NCBI GenBank assembly: GCA_043732305.1
Contig: JAYTHU010000148.1
Coordinates: forward strand, 1 to 29,240
DNA: 29,240 bases
Origin: Oligoflexia bacterium
GTDB taxonomy: Bacteria > Bdellovibrionota > Bdellovibrionia > JABDDW01
Direction: 5' to 3'
Shown: in pieces, positions 16,998 to 25,516 of the stretch
Layout of the letters: every line of letters starts with the position of its first letter
How positions within the stretch are numbered: the first letter of the stretch is position 1
Notes under the pieces: model-generated
Databases searched by the model: none
Seen by the model: only the letters and a program-made list of their open reading frames with translations
What the model was told of the DNA's origin: nothing
Position numbers and translations under genes: made by a program

Positions 16998-18224
16998 TCA
17001 AACTTCGTTGTAAGAGAGATCTTTGCCGAAAGTTTCGTGAAGCCCGGTCAGACAAATAAGTGCGATGACGATTGATACCGAACCCACAATGACTGCGCTC
17101 ATTTGAATTCCTAAGCGCACCTGTAAAAACTGAAAACTCATGGTCAGTGGAATCACACATCCGCGCACAAAATTTGGAGCCGTCGAAGCAACGGTCGATC
17201 TGATATTGGTTCCGAATTGTTCTGCAGCGACGGTCACAAAAATAGCCCAGTAACCAGCTGCTAATCCGAGCGCAAAGCAAATGGTGTAGTAAACAGTGAG
17301 TGATCGACCGGCAAAATTAAAATAAATCACAATCAAAAAAGCCATCAATCCAATAAAGAGCGCGAAAACTTTTTTGCGACTCTTGAGCCACTGACTAATC
17401 AGTCCGGTCATGAAATCGCCAATTGCAATTCCGATATAAGAAAACATCACCGCTTTTCCAGAAGACGGAATGATGCTCATCCCAAATGATTTTCCAAACT
17501 CAGGTGAAAATGTGATCAGAATTCCAATGACATACCAAATAGGAACGCCAATGGCGACGACGCAGAAATATCTCCATGCCGTTTGGCGCTTTCGGAAAAG
17601 CATAAAGAAGTTTCCCTTCTCTACATTTTCATCTTTCATTTGTTTGAACATTCCTGATTCGGAAATGCTTACTCGTAGGACCAAGAGACACAGGCCCATG
17701 ACGCCGCCAATAATGAAGGCTGTGCGCCAAGCAAAAATATCGCCGATGACTGCGGCGAAAACGCCGCCAGAAAGTCCGATGGCCGCAACCACACATGTCC
17801 CGTAGCCACGAGTGTTTTTATCCATGAGTTCACTGACTAAAGTTATACCTGCGCCGAGTTCTCCGGCTAAACCAAACCCCGCAATGAATCTTAGAGCAGC
17901 ATAAGTTTCGACGCTTCCTGCAAATCCATTTAAAATATTGGCGATGGAATAAATAAATATCGAACCAAATAAAACAGAGAGGCGACCTTTTTTATCTCCG
18001 AGAATTCCCCAGAATAGTCCGCCAATAAATAATCCGGCCATTTGCGAATTGATGAGAAAAACTCCTTTTTCCAGGAGCTGATTTTCCGGGACGCCCACAC
18101 TTCTAAGCGAGGGCATTCGCACGATACTGAAAAGCAGAAGATCATATATATCAACGAAGTAGCCAAGAGCCGCAACAAACACGGCCAGGAATATTTTCTT
18201 CTTTTGCGCGTCTAAATTTTTCAT
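16998..18224 (-). CDS. MFS transporter
   Basis: About 12 hydrophobic segments. GILGDKKGR motif A, LRFIAGFGLAGE, EQFGTNIR. Confidence 0.93.
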   Translation of the reverse strand: MKNLDAQKKKIFLAVFVAALGYFVDIYDLLLFSIVRMPSLRSVGVPENQLLEKGVFLINSQMAGLFIGGLFWGILGDKKGRLSVLFGSIFIYSIANILNGFAGSVETYAALRFIAGFGLAGELGAGITLVSELMDKNTRGYGTCVVAAIGLSGGVFAAVIGDIFAWRTAFIIGGVMGLCLLVLRVSISESGMFKQMKDENVEKGNFFMLFRKRQTAWRYFCVVAIGVPIWYVIGILITFSPEFGKSFGMSIIPSSGKAVMFSYIGIAIGDFMTGLISQWLKSRKKVFALFIGLMAFLIVIYFNFAGRSLTVYYTICFALGLAAGYWAIFVTVAAEQFGTNIRSTVASTAPNFVRGCVIPLTMSFQFLQVRLGIQMSAVIVGSVSIVIALICLTGLHETFGKDLSYNEV

Positions 18225-18298
18225 GTGCGGTTATAGAACCAATCAAAGCTTTTAAATTCAAGTTTTTTATGGTATTTTTCGGTTTTACAGGGGGATCT

Positions 18299-19516
18299 GT
18301 GGAACTCAAAAACTCAAAACCATATTGGCTAGAAACTCCATTACTCACCGGCGAAACTTCGGGCATTGCTGAGAGTCAAGGCATTGTCGTGATTGGTTCA
18401 GGGCTTTCGGGCGCAAGCTGCGGGTATTGGCTGCAGAAAAAAGGATTTGATGACGTCACTGTGATTGATTTTGATCCCGAATCATCCGCTACTTATCGCA
18501 ATTGCGGCCACATTCTTTATGGCACTGTTGAATCCATGAAAGCTTTTTCTGAAATTCACGGTGCGGAAAAAGCGCGCGAGCTCTGGGGTTATTCTATTGA
18601 AGTTTGTCACTCGGTTCGTGAAACCATCAGGCGCCATGACATGACTGTTGATTACAAACAAGATGGATATTTGGTTATTGCGATAGAAGAATCAGAGGAT
18701 CGGGAATGCCAAGAGTCTGTGAAGATTCTCAATGACGCTGGTTTTGAATCAGAATATCGAGATTCGCGTGAGGTGGCTGCGCTTGGTTTTAAAAATAGTT
18801 ATGGAGCGAGATTTGAAAAAGGTTCGGCACAGGCTCATCCAACTAAATTTAGAAACGCGGTAATGCGCGAATTTCTAGACGCCGGCGGGAAATATTATTC
18901 AAATTTAAAAGTTACCGGGCTAGACGAAGGCGCGCAAGGAGTGAAGATTGAAATCGACGGTGGAAAAACCATTCGCGCGGATGCCGTGGTGATTGCGGCG
19001 AATGCTTACGCTCCGTTGTTTTCGGAGTTTTTTGGTTCACGTCGCTTGATCGAACCGTTTCGTGGCCAAATCATCACATCAAAAGTTTTGAACCACGATT
19101 TCAAAGTGAAACATCCTCATTCCTTCGATCATGGCTATGAGTATTCCCTGGTCACTAGAGATAATCGACTGATGATCGGTGGTTGGAGAAACCATTCCGA
19201 AAGCGGTGAGACCGGAACTTATTCGACTCAACCAAATAGGGTTATCACTCAAGGTTTGAAAGATTTTGTGGATGAGCATTATGACATTTCTGAAAAAGTA
19301 GAGTGGGAATACTCTTGGGCTGGCATTATGGGCGCGAGTGCGACATCTCTGCCTTTCATTGGTCCCACAAACAGTGACCGCATTTTTTCTTGCGGAGGTT
19401 ACACTGGACATGGTTTTTCTTGGGCGCATGGTTCTGCCGAACTTTTAGCTAAAATCATGGCCGGCGAAAGTTTGCCAAGCGTGGCGAAATATTTTAATCC
19501 AAGAGCATTGAAGTGA
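18299..19516 (+). CDS. FAD-dependent oxidoreductase (DAO / PuuB-like family)
   Basis: VIGSGLSG dinucleotide motif, AT.RN.G, AHP.KF, GYTGHGF. GTG at 18299 follows AGGGGG and is preferred over ATG 18269. Confidence 0.85.
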   Translation: MELKNSKPYWLETPLLTGETSGIAESQGIVVIGSGLSGASCGYWLQKKGFDDVTVIDFDPESSATYRNCGHILYGTVESMKAFSEIHGAEKARELWGYSIEVCHSVRETIRRHDMTVDYKQDGYLVIAIEESEDRECQESVKILNDAGFESEYRDSREVAALGFKNSYGARFEKGSAQAHPTKFRNAVMREFLDAGGKYYSNLKVTGLDEGAQGVKIEIDGGKTIRADAVVIAANAYAPLFSEFFGSRRLIEPFRGQIITSKVLNHDFKVKHPHSFDHGYEYSLVTRDNRLMIGGWRNHSESGETGTYSTQPNRVITQGLKDFVDEHYDISEKVEWEYSWAGIMGASATSLPFIGPTNSDRIFSCGGYTGHGFSWAHGSAELLAKIMAGESLPSVAKYFNPRALK

Positions 19517-19529
19517 GCTTCGCTTCGTT

Positions 19530-20126
19530 TTACCACCAAGACTTCTGGCGTTTAGCTTTTTTCCCGACGAGATAATTTTTTAGAACTTTTCGATAGCGCG
19601 TGTCTGAGGATTTAAGTTTCCGGTGCTTGAGATCGATCAAATATTTTTCTATCGGCCACCCAGGTTTTTTTCCGGTGCACCAAGCCTCAGGCTTTATTCC
19701 TGACATTTCATTTAAATTTACTTCTTGGTAACCAGTGATGCGGCCATCGCGATCAATATAAGGATCGAAATAGCTAAATGCGAGATCGCGTAGAGATCGA
19801 AAAACTGGAGCTCGGCCATGAAGTCCGTCATCACGCGACCTTGCGATCGATCCCCATTTGCCACGAGATTTAAAAATATAAATCACATGATCCAAACCAT
19901 CCTTGCTCTCAAGACTCAGAACAAGCGGTGGATAACCTTTTATTTCCATGATCGCCGCTGCTAAAAATGCTGCTTCCAGGCAATGAGCTTTTTTCGATTT
20001 GAGAGCCGAAAGTGCCGAGCGCAGGGTGTCCCCATTTTCTTCTCGATTGTATTCGAATTTGCGAAGGAATCGTTGCACATCGTGCGGGGTTTTGAGCTTT
20101 TTTGCTAGATGCGTGATGATATTCAT
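19530..20126 (-). CDS. Hypothetical protein, possible transglutaminase-like (Cys-His) fold
   Basis: AHCLEAAFLAAA helix followed by DHVIYIF and WG strands. ATG at 20126 is preferred because the longer ORF start abuts bioY. Confidence 0.55.
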   Translation of the reverse strand: MNIITHLAKKLKTPHDVQRFLRKFEYNREENGDTLRSALSALKSKKAHCLEAAFLAAAIMEIKGYPPLVLSLESKDGLDHVIYIFKSRGKWGSIARSRDDGLHGRAPVFRSLRDLAFSYFDPYIDRDGRITGYQEVNLNEMSGIKPEAWCTGKKPGWPIEKYLIDLKHRKLKSSDTRYRKVLKNYLVGKKAKRQKSWW

Positions 20127-20173
20127 GATTACTATTATGCGGACATGAATAGACAAATCAAGGAGTTCCAAAA

Positions 20174-20734
20174 ATGACTAGAGCCGCGCTTGTTCCTTTA
20201 CTGATCGAAAAATCTGAACACAAGATTATCACCAACATTTTAAGCGTAATTTGTGGTGTGTTTCTTATTTCGGCACTCGCACAAGTGGTGATTCCACTTC
20301 CTTGGACTCCGGTTCCTATCACCGGTCAAACTTTTGGGGTGGCGCTAATTGCACTTTCTTGGGGAAGGGCTCGCGGACTAGCGACGATTGTTTCTTACAT
20401 TGCCTTAGGAGCCATTGGATTACCCATTTTTGCTGCTGCTCAATCTGGTTTGTCAGTTGGACCGACACTTGGTTACTTGCTGGGAATGGTCGCAGCCTCT
20501 TATGTGGTTGGCGGACTTGCCGATCGCGGATGGACGGGGAGTTTTAAAAAAACTCTAGCTGCTGCGTTCCTAGGAAGTTTATTTATTTTTGGTTTTGGAC
20601 TTATCACTCTTTCTTTCTTTGTTCCGAAAAGTTTGCTGCTTGGCGCGGGACTTTTTCCCTTCTTGCCAGGCGATTTGATTAAAAATACTTTAGCCGCGAC
20701 AATTTCGTGGAAAACTAGAAAGACTCTACAATGA
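20174..20734 (+). CDS. bioY: Biotin transporter BioY (ECF S component)
   Basis: PVPITGQTFGV, GLPIFA, GPTLGYLLG, PFLPGDLIK. AAGGAG RBS. Confidence 0.93.
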   Translation: MTRAALVPLLIEKSEHKIITNILSVICGVFLISALAQVVIPLPWTPVPITGQTFGVALIALSWGRARGLATIVSYIALGAIGLPIFAAAQSGLSVGPTLGYLLGMVAASYVVGGLADRGWTGSFKKTLAAAFLGSLFIFGFGLITLSFFVPKSLLLGAGLFPFLPGDLIKNTLAATISWKTRKTLQ

Positions 20735-21111
20735 AAAAAGTTTCTGCTATTAGGCTGTCGATGGGATTCTTGGAAAAAGTTTCTGCTGTCGGTGCGCTGA
20801 TTTCTTTGTTGGTATTATTTTACGGACATGAGGCATTGGCAAAACCCGTTACTCTGAACGTGGTGGTCACCGAAAAAGGTTTCCAACCCGCGCAGCTTTC
20901 AACCCAAGCTGGCGAAGACGTGATTTTACGTGTCACTCGTACAACCAACGACACTTGCGCCAAAGCCGTTCAAGTTCCTTCGCTCAATATCAAAAAAGCC
21001 TTGCCTCTGAATCGTTCCGTCACCATCGCTCTCGGTAAACTTCCCAAGGGCGACATCAAATTCGGTTGCACCATGGACATGATGGAAAGCGCCATCATCC
21101 ACGTCGACTAA
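20731..21111 (+). CDS. Exported cupredoxin-like domain protein
   Basis: Signal peptide, V..KGFQP, an internal Cys and a C-terminal FGCTMDM motif. Confidence 0.8.
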   Translation: MKKVSAIRLSMGFLEKVSAVGALISLLVLFYGHEALAKPVTLNVVVTEKGFQPAQLSTQAGEDVILRVTRTTNDTCAKAVQVPSLNIKKALPLNRSVTIALGKLPKGDIKFGCTMDMMESAIIHVD

Positions 21112-21171
21112 AAATTTGAGTTAAGCCGGATGATTTTCAACAGCGATTGATCTGATTATCTGGTCAGAATT

Positions 21172-21199
21172 TAGTCCAAGAGCGGACTATTATTTTTTT
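21172..21199 (+). terminator. Possible intrinsic terminator after bioY-cupredoxin
   Basis: TAGTCC-aagagc-GGACTA hairpin followed by TTATTTTTTT. Confidence 0.5.
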
Positions 21200-21294
21200 G
21201 AGTCAGACAGAAACGCAAATCCCCAGGCCTCGAGAATATTTTGATCGAGGTAGATGAACAGTCGCTCAGAAAATAGTCTCTGAAAGCTCCGAGC

Positions 21295-22311
21295 TTACGG
21301 GTTGCAGGCTTGGAGGACTAAGTTTTCGAGCCAGATGTGGGAAGAGAGGGGATTTGATTTGAGGGCGCGGTCGGTGTCGAGTAAGAGTGAATAAATTTTC
21401 TTTAAAGTTTTGGCATTCATGCCGCGAGCTTGAGTTAAATAATCTTTGATGAAAAATCCGTGGACGCCCACTCGGCTAGAAATTTGAGAGGGACTCAATC
21501 CTTCGCGTAAGCCTTCATGACAAAGCATCAAAATTCGATAGTGCCGAATGATCATGGTCAAAACGCCGATTTCATTTTCGCCGCTATCAAGCAAATGAGC
21601 TAAATTGGTGAGAGAGTTTGCGGCATCGCCAGTTCCCAGGCAATTTACAAATTCGAATACACTCTCCACGCGGGTGCGTGAAATTATATTTCGCAAATCG
21701 TCGATCTCAATCACTTGCTTGCAGTCGCCTAAATACTGTGCAGCCTTTGCTAACTCATTGTTGATGTCTGAGAGATGCGCGCCCACACACTGCTTCACAT
21801 ATTCAGCCGCATCGGCAGATAAAGTTTTTCCGTGTTTTTTTGCGATGTGATGAATCCACGGCAGTAATTGATTGTCGAAAGGTCTCACAAATTTCAAAAC
21901 TGCGCCGTTTTGATCGAACAATTTAAAAAACTTTTTACGCATGTCTATCTTGGTTGCGACCATCACAAAAATAGTTGTGTCGACGGGTGATTCAATAATG
22001 GGTGTGAGTTTCTCTAATTCACTTGCGGAAAAAGATTCTGCTTGTTTTAAAATCACGAGACGGCGAGAAGACATCATCGGCAAAGTTTGGACAGTGTCTA
22101 AAACAGTTTCAACTTCGCAATCAGAAGCATAAAAAGTGTTCAAATTGAAATCGCTTAAACCTTCCATCGGGCCACCGGGACCACTGACTTTTTCTTTGAG
22201 GAGAGTGAGGATTTCATCGATCATGAATATTTCTTCGCCATGAAGCAAATAGAGCATGCGGAAATTGCGTTCTTGAAGTTCTGTCTGAATGACTCTGGGT
22301 TCGACTTGCAT
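21295..22311 (-). CDS. holA: DNA polymerase III subunit delta
   Basis: YLLHGEE, TLPMMSSRRLVI, NELAK, VFE, LLDTDRALKS. Position next to lptE and leuS. Confidence 0.92.
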   Translation of the reverse strand: MQVEPRVIQTELQERNFRMLYLLHGEEIFMIDEILTLLKEKVSGPGGPMEGLSDFNLNTFYASDCEVETVLDTVQTLPMMSSRRLVILKQAESFSASELEKLTPIIESPVDTTIFVMVATKIDMRKKFFKLFDQNGAVLKFVRPFDNQLLPWIHHIAKKHGKTLSADAAEYVKQCVGAHLSDINNELAKAAQYLGDCKQVIEIDDLRNIISRTRVESVFEFVNCLGTGDAANSLTNLAHLLDSGENEIGVLTMIIRHYRILMLCHEGLREGLSPSQISSRVGVHGFFIKDYLTQARGMNAKTLKKIYSLLLDTDRALKSNPLSSHIWLENLVLQACNP

Positions 22312-22955
22312 TAAAACTTCTCCGTAAGACGGTCATGTGCTTCAGACATCATGTCTTGAGCTTGTTTTTGGACCGTGTCCGTTCGAGAATTTTCATTGTA
22401 GAGCGCATTGGCGCCGGTCAAAGATGGGGTTCCCAAAAGTGGTGCGTTGTAATTTCTCGAGGAAGAAAAGGTGCTCGTCCATAAAACTTTGTTGTCGGAA
22501 ACTTTTCTAGCTATCAATGTCACAAGGACGTTTGAAGTGTAGATCTTATTGAGAGTCACGCCGGCAGGAAGTGGATTGGAAAAAGGAGCGCTAGTCGGAT
22601 TACCAGATACCGAGTAAGGGGGAGCGTTTGGTGTCTGGAGGCCACCGACGTCGCTAGAACTTGTTGGTGTTCCCCCAACAAATCCAACCGAATTGATAGT
22701 CCCTTCAAGAATCACTTGAGCGTCTGCTTTCGATTCCACAAGAGCTAAACCACTGCGTTCAAATTCCATGCGCAATGCTTGCGTGAAATAAGTTTCTACT
22801 CCAGTGATAGGAGTGTGATTTTGGAAAACAGGGATCGCCACGCGATCGTATCCGCCGGGCATATTTCGTTTGTAGTGTCCTGCATGATAGGTCGCGCAAC
22901 CGCAGAGAGCCAAACATGGGAAAAAAGCCAAGAAGCTTAAGGATTTCAAATTCAT
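22311..22955 (-). CDS. lptE: LPS assembly lipoprotein LptE
   Basis: Lipobox LCGC, AIPVFQN.T...E..FT.AL, A..ILEGTI, KVLW. Directly upstream of holA. Contains a P/S/G-rich insertion. Confidence 0.78.
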   Translation of the reverse strand: MNLKSLSFLAFFPCLALCGCATYHAGHYKRNMPGGYDRVAIPVFQNHTPITGVETYFTQALRMEFERSGLALVESKADAQVILEGTINSVGFVGGTPTSSSDVGGLQTPNAPPYSVSGNPTSAPFSNPLPAGVTLNKIYTSNVLVTLIARKVSDNKVLWTSTFSSSRNYNAPLLGTPSLTGANALYNENSRTDTVQKQAQDMMSEAHDRLTEKF

Positions 22956-22961
22956 GGAGCC

Positions 22962-23022
22962 AGAATAATAAGAAACGCGTTTAAAAACAAGCTTTCAAAA
23001 TGGGTGAGAATTAATCTATTAT
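22962..23022. promoter_or_regulatory. Back-to-back sigma70-like promoters for lptE-holA and leuS
   Basis: Minus strand: TTGTTT(22990-22985)-17-TATTCT(22967-22962), 6 nt before ATG 22955. Plus strand: TTCAAA(22994-22999)-17-TATTAT(23017-23022), 7 nt before ATG 23030. Confidence 0.55.
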
Positions 23023-23029
23023 CCCCAGT

Positions 23030-25495
23030 ATGAGCTTTGATCACAATTCTATCGAAAAGAAGTGGCAGAAATACTGGCAAGCGAACCATTGTTTCGAGGC
23101 TGAACAACAGTCTAAAAAGCCCAAGTACTACGCTCTCGACATGTTTCCGTATCCCTCTGGATCGGGACTTCATGTGGGGCATGTGGCCTCCTACACACCC
23201 GGGGATATTGTGGCGCGCTATAAACGCGCCCGTGGATTTAATGTTCTCCATCCGATGGGGTATGACGCATTCGGGTTGCCCGCAGAGCAATACGCCATTC
23301 AAACTGGCATTCACCCGGCTATCACCACAAATCAGGCCATAGAAAACTTTAGGCGCCAATTGCAGTCGATTGGCTTTAGTTTCGATTGGTCCCGAGAACT
23401 TTCGACCGCTGATCCTAAATTTTATAAATGGACCCAATATATTTTCACCAAGCTTTTTGAAAAGGGACTCGCTTATCAAAAAGAAGTTCCTGTGAACTGG
23501 TGTCCTGCGATGCGCACGGTTTTGGCTAACGAAGAAGTTGTCGATGGAAAGTCTGAGCGAGGGGGACATCCGGTAGTCCGCATGCCCATGAAACAGTGGA
23601 TGCTTAAGATCACCGATTATGCCGAAAGACTTTTGAATGATCTCGACAAAGTGGATTGGCCTCATCGCACCAAAGAAGGTCAGCGCAATTGGATCGGAAA
23701 ATCCGAAGGTGCAGAGATTAAGTTTAAAATCGATGGAGTAAAAGACTTCGGAGGCACTGACACCGGTTGCATAGAAGTTTTTACCACTCGTCCCGACACA
23801 CTGTTTGGCGTGACGTTCATGGTTCTTGCGCCCGAAAATCCGTTAGTGAATAAAATCACAAGTGATTCGCAAAAAACCGCAGTGGATGCTTACATTCAAA
23901 AAACTTCGGCGAAAAGTGAGATTGATCGAAAAGCTAGTTTGCAAAAAACCGGTGAATTCACTGGCGCCTTTGCACCTCACCCCCTCACGGGCGAAAAAAT
24001 TCCCATTTGGATTTCTGATTACGTCCTCATGGATTATGGAACTGGCGCCATCATGGCAGTCCCTGCTCATGATGTTCGAGATTTTGAATTTGCCACTAAA
24101 TTTCAAATTCCAATCAAACGTGTTCTTGAGAATTCAGACAAATCTGATTTGGCTAAAAACGAATTGCCCTTTGAGGGCGAAGGCGTTTTGGTCAACAGCG
24201 AATTTCTTGATGGCATGAAGAAATCTGAAGCCATCAGCAAAATGATCGAGCATCTTGAAAAAAGGCAGCTCGGGAAAAAACTTATTCAATATAAATTGAG
24301 AGATTGGCTTTTCAGTCGGCAGCGTTACTGGGGAGAACCATTCCCCATTGTGCATTTTTCTGGACCAGGAAATACGGACCGAATGCAAACAGTTCCGCTA
24401 GATGAGCTCCCGGTGATTTTGCCTGAGACCACCAATTACGAACCTTCGGATAAGGGTGAAGCGCCTCTCGCGAGAATCAAAGATTGGGTCGCTTACTCTT
24501 CCAAATCTGGACCAGAAGATCAGCGAGAAGGATCGAGAGAGACGGACACCATGCCCGGTTCTGCCGGTTCGAGTTGGTATTTCCTGAGATACACGGATCC
24601 GCACAATGAGCAGGCCCCCTTTTCAGTAGACGCCGAAAAATATTGGATGCCCGTTGATCTCTACATTGGTGGACCGGAGCACACGGTTGGCCATTTGCTT
24701 TATGCTAGATTTTGGCAAAAAGTTTTATTCGATGCTGGTCTGGTCACCCATGACGAACCTTTTCAAAAATTAGCACATCAAGGAATGATTCTTGGTCCCG
24801 ATGGGGAAAAAATGTCTAAATCTCGGGGAAACACAATCAATCCCGATGAAGTTCGCGAAAAATTCGGCGCCGATGCTTTAAGAACTTACATTTGTTTTCT
24901 TGGTCCGCTCGAGCGCGATAAACCTTGGGCGACCAATGGCATTGAGGGCGTGAGGAGATTTTTGGATCGTCTGTGGCGACTTGTTTGCGACGATGAAGGA
25001 AAATGCATTGCTCAATCCATGAGACAGCTTGATCCGTCTCTCACAAAACTTTTGCACAAGACTGTTAAAAAAGTTACCGACGACATTGAAAATCTCAGTT
25101 TCAATACTTCGATTAGCGCGATGATGATTTTGGTCAACAAGCTCTATGAACTAGACGTGAGACCGAAAGAAGTTTTGGGAACTCTCGCGCAAATTCTTGC
25201 TCCTTTTGCTCCTCATATTTCAGAAGAAATTTGGGAAAAATTGGGTGGGCAAGGATCTGTGGCTCTCGCGCCTTGGCCAGAATTTGAGTTAGATTTAACC
25301 ATCGACAACATCATCACCATGGGCGTTCAGGTGAATGGAAAAATGCGCGGAACTATTGAAATTGCGCCAGATGCTTCGGAAGAAACCGCCGTGAGTGCGG
25401 CCATGAAAATGGAATCTGTGACAAAGTATTTTGAGGGCAGGCCTGCGAAGAAAATAATTTATAAAGCCGGAAGAATTTTAAATATTATAGTTTAA
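23030..25495 (+). CDS. leuS: Leucine--tRNA ligase
   Basis: MFPYPSG, HVGH (HIGH), FTTRPDT and GTGA editing motifs, LRDWLFSRQRYWG, KMSKS. Confidence 0.98.
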   Translation: MSFDHNSIEKKWQKYWQANHCFEAEQQSKKPKYYALDMFPYPSGSGLHVGHVASYTPGDIVARYKRARGFNVLHPMGYDAFGLPAEQYAIQTGIHPAITTNQAIENFRRQLQSIGFSFDWSRELSTADPKFYKWTQYIFTKLFEKGLAYQKEVPVNWCPAMRTVLANEEVVDGKSERGGHPVVRMPMKQWMLKITDYAERLLNDLDKVDWPHRTKEGQRNWIGKSEGAEIKFKIDGVKDFGGTDTGCIEVFTTRPDTLFGVTFMVLAPENPLVNKITSDSQKTAVDAYIQKTSAKSEIDRKASLQKTGEFTGAFAPHPLTGEKIPIWISDYVLMDYGTGAIMAVPAHDVRDFEFATKFQIPIKRVLENSDKSDLAKNELPFEGEGVLVNSEFLDGMKKSEAISKMIEHLEKRQLGKKLIQYKLRDWLFSRQRYWGEPFPIVHFSGPGNTDRMQTVPLDELPVILPETTNYEPSDKGEAPLARIKDWVAYSSKSGPEDQREGSRETDTMPGSAGSSWYFLRYTDPHNEQAPFSVDAEKYWMPVDLYIGGPEHTVGHLLYARFWQKVLFDAGLVTHDEPFQKLAHQGMILGPDGEKMSKSRGNTINPDEVREKFGADALRTYICFLGPLERDKPWATNGIEGVRRFLDRLWRLVCDDEGKCIAQSMRQLDPSLTKLLHKTVKKVTDDIENLSFNTSISAMMILVNKLYELDVRPKEVLGTLAQILAPFAPHISEEIWEKLGGQGSVALAPWPEFELDLTIDNIITMGVQVNGKMRGTIEIAPDASEETAVSAAMKMESVTKYFEGRPAKKIIYKAGRILNIIV

Positions 25496-25516
25496 CCGTA
25501 TGAGGCGAATTTTATA

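Noticed and set aside
20127..20171. Longer N-terminus for the 19530-20171 ORF
   Set aside because: It would overlap the bioY RBS and the apparent promoter. ATG 20126 fits better.
22952..23665. 237-aa antisense ORF overlapping leuS
   Set aside because: Antisense shadow of a highly conserved gene with no recognisable domain.
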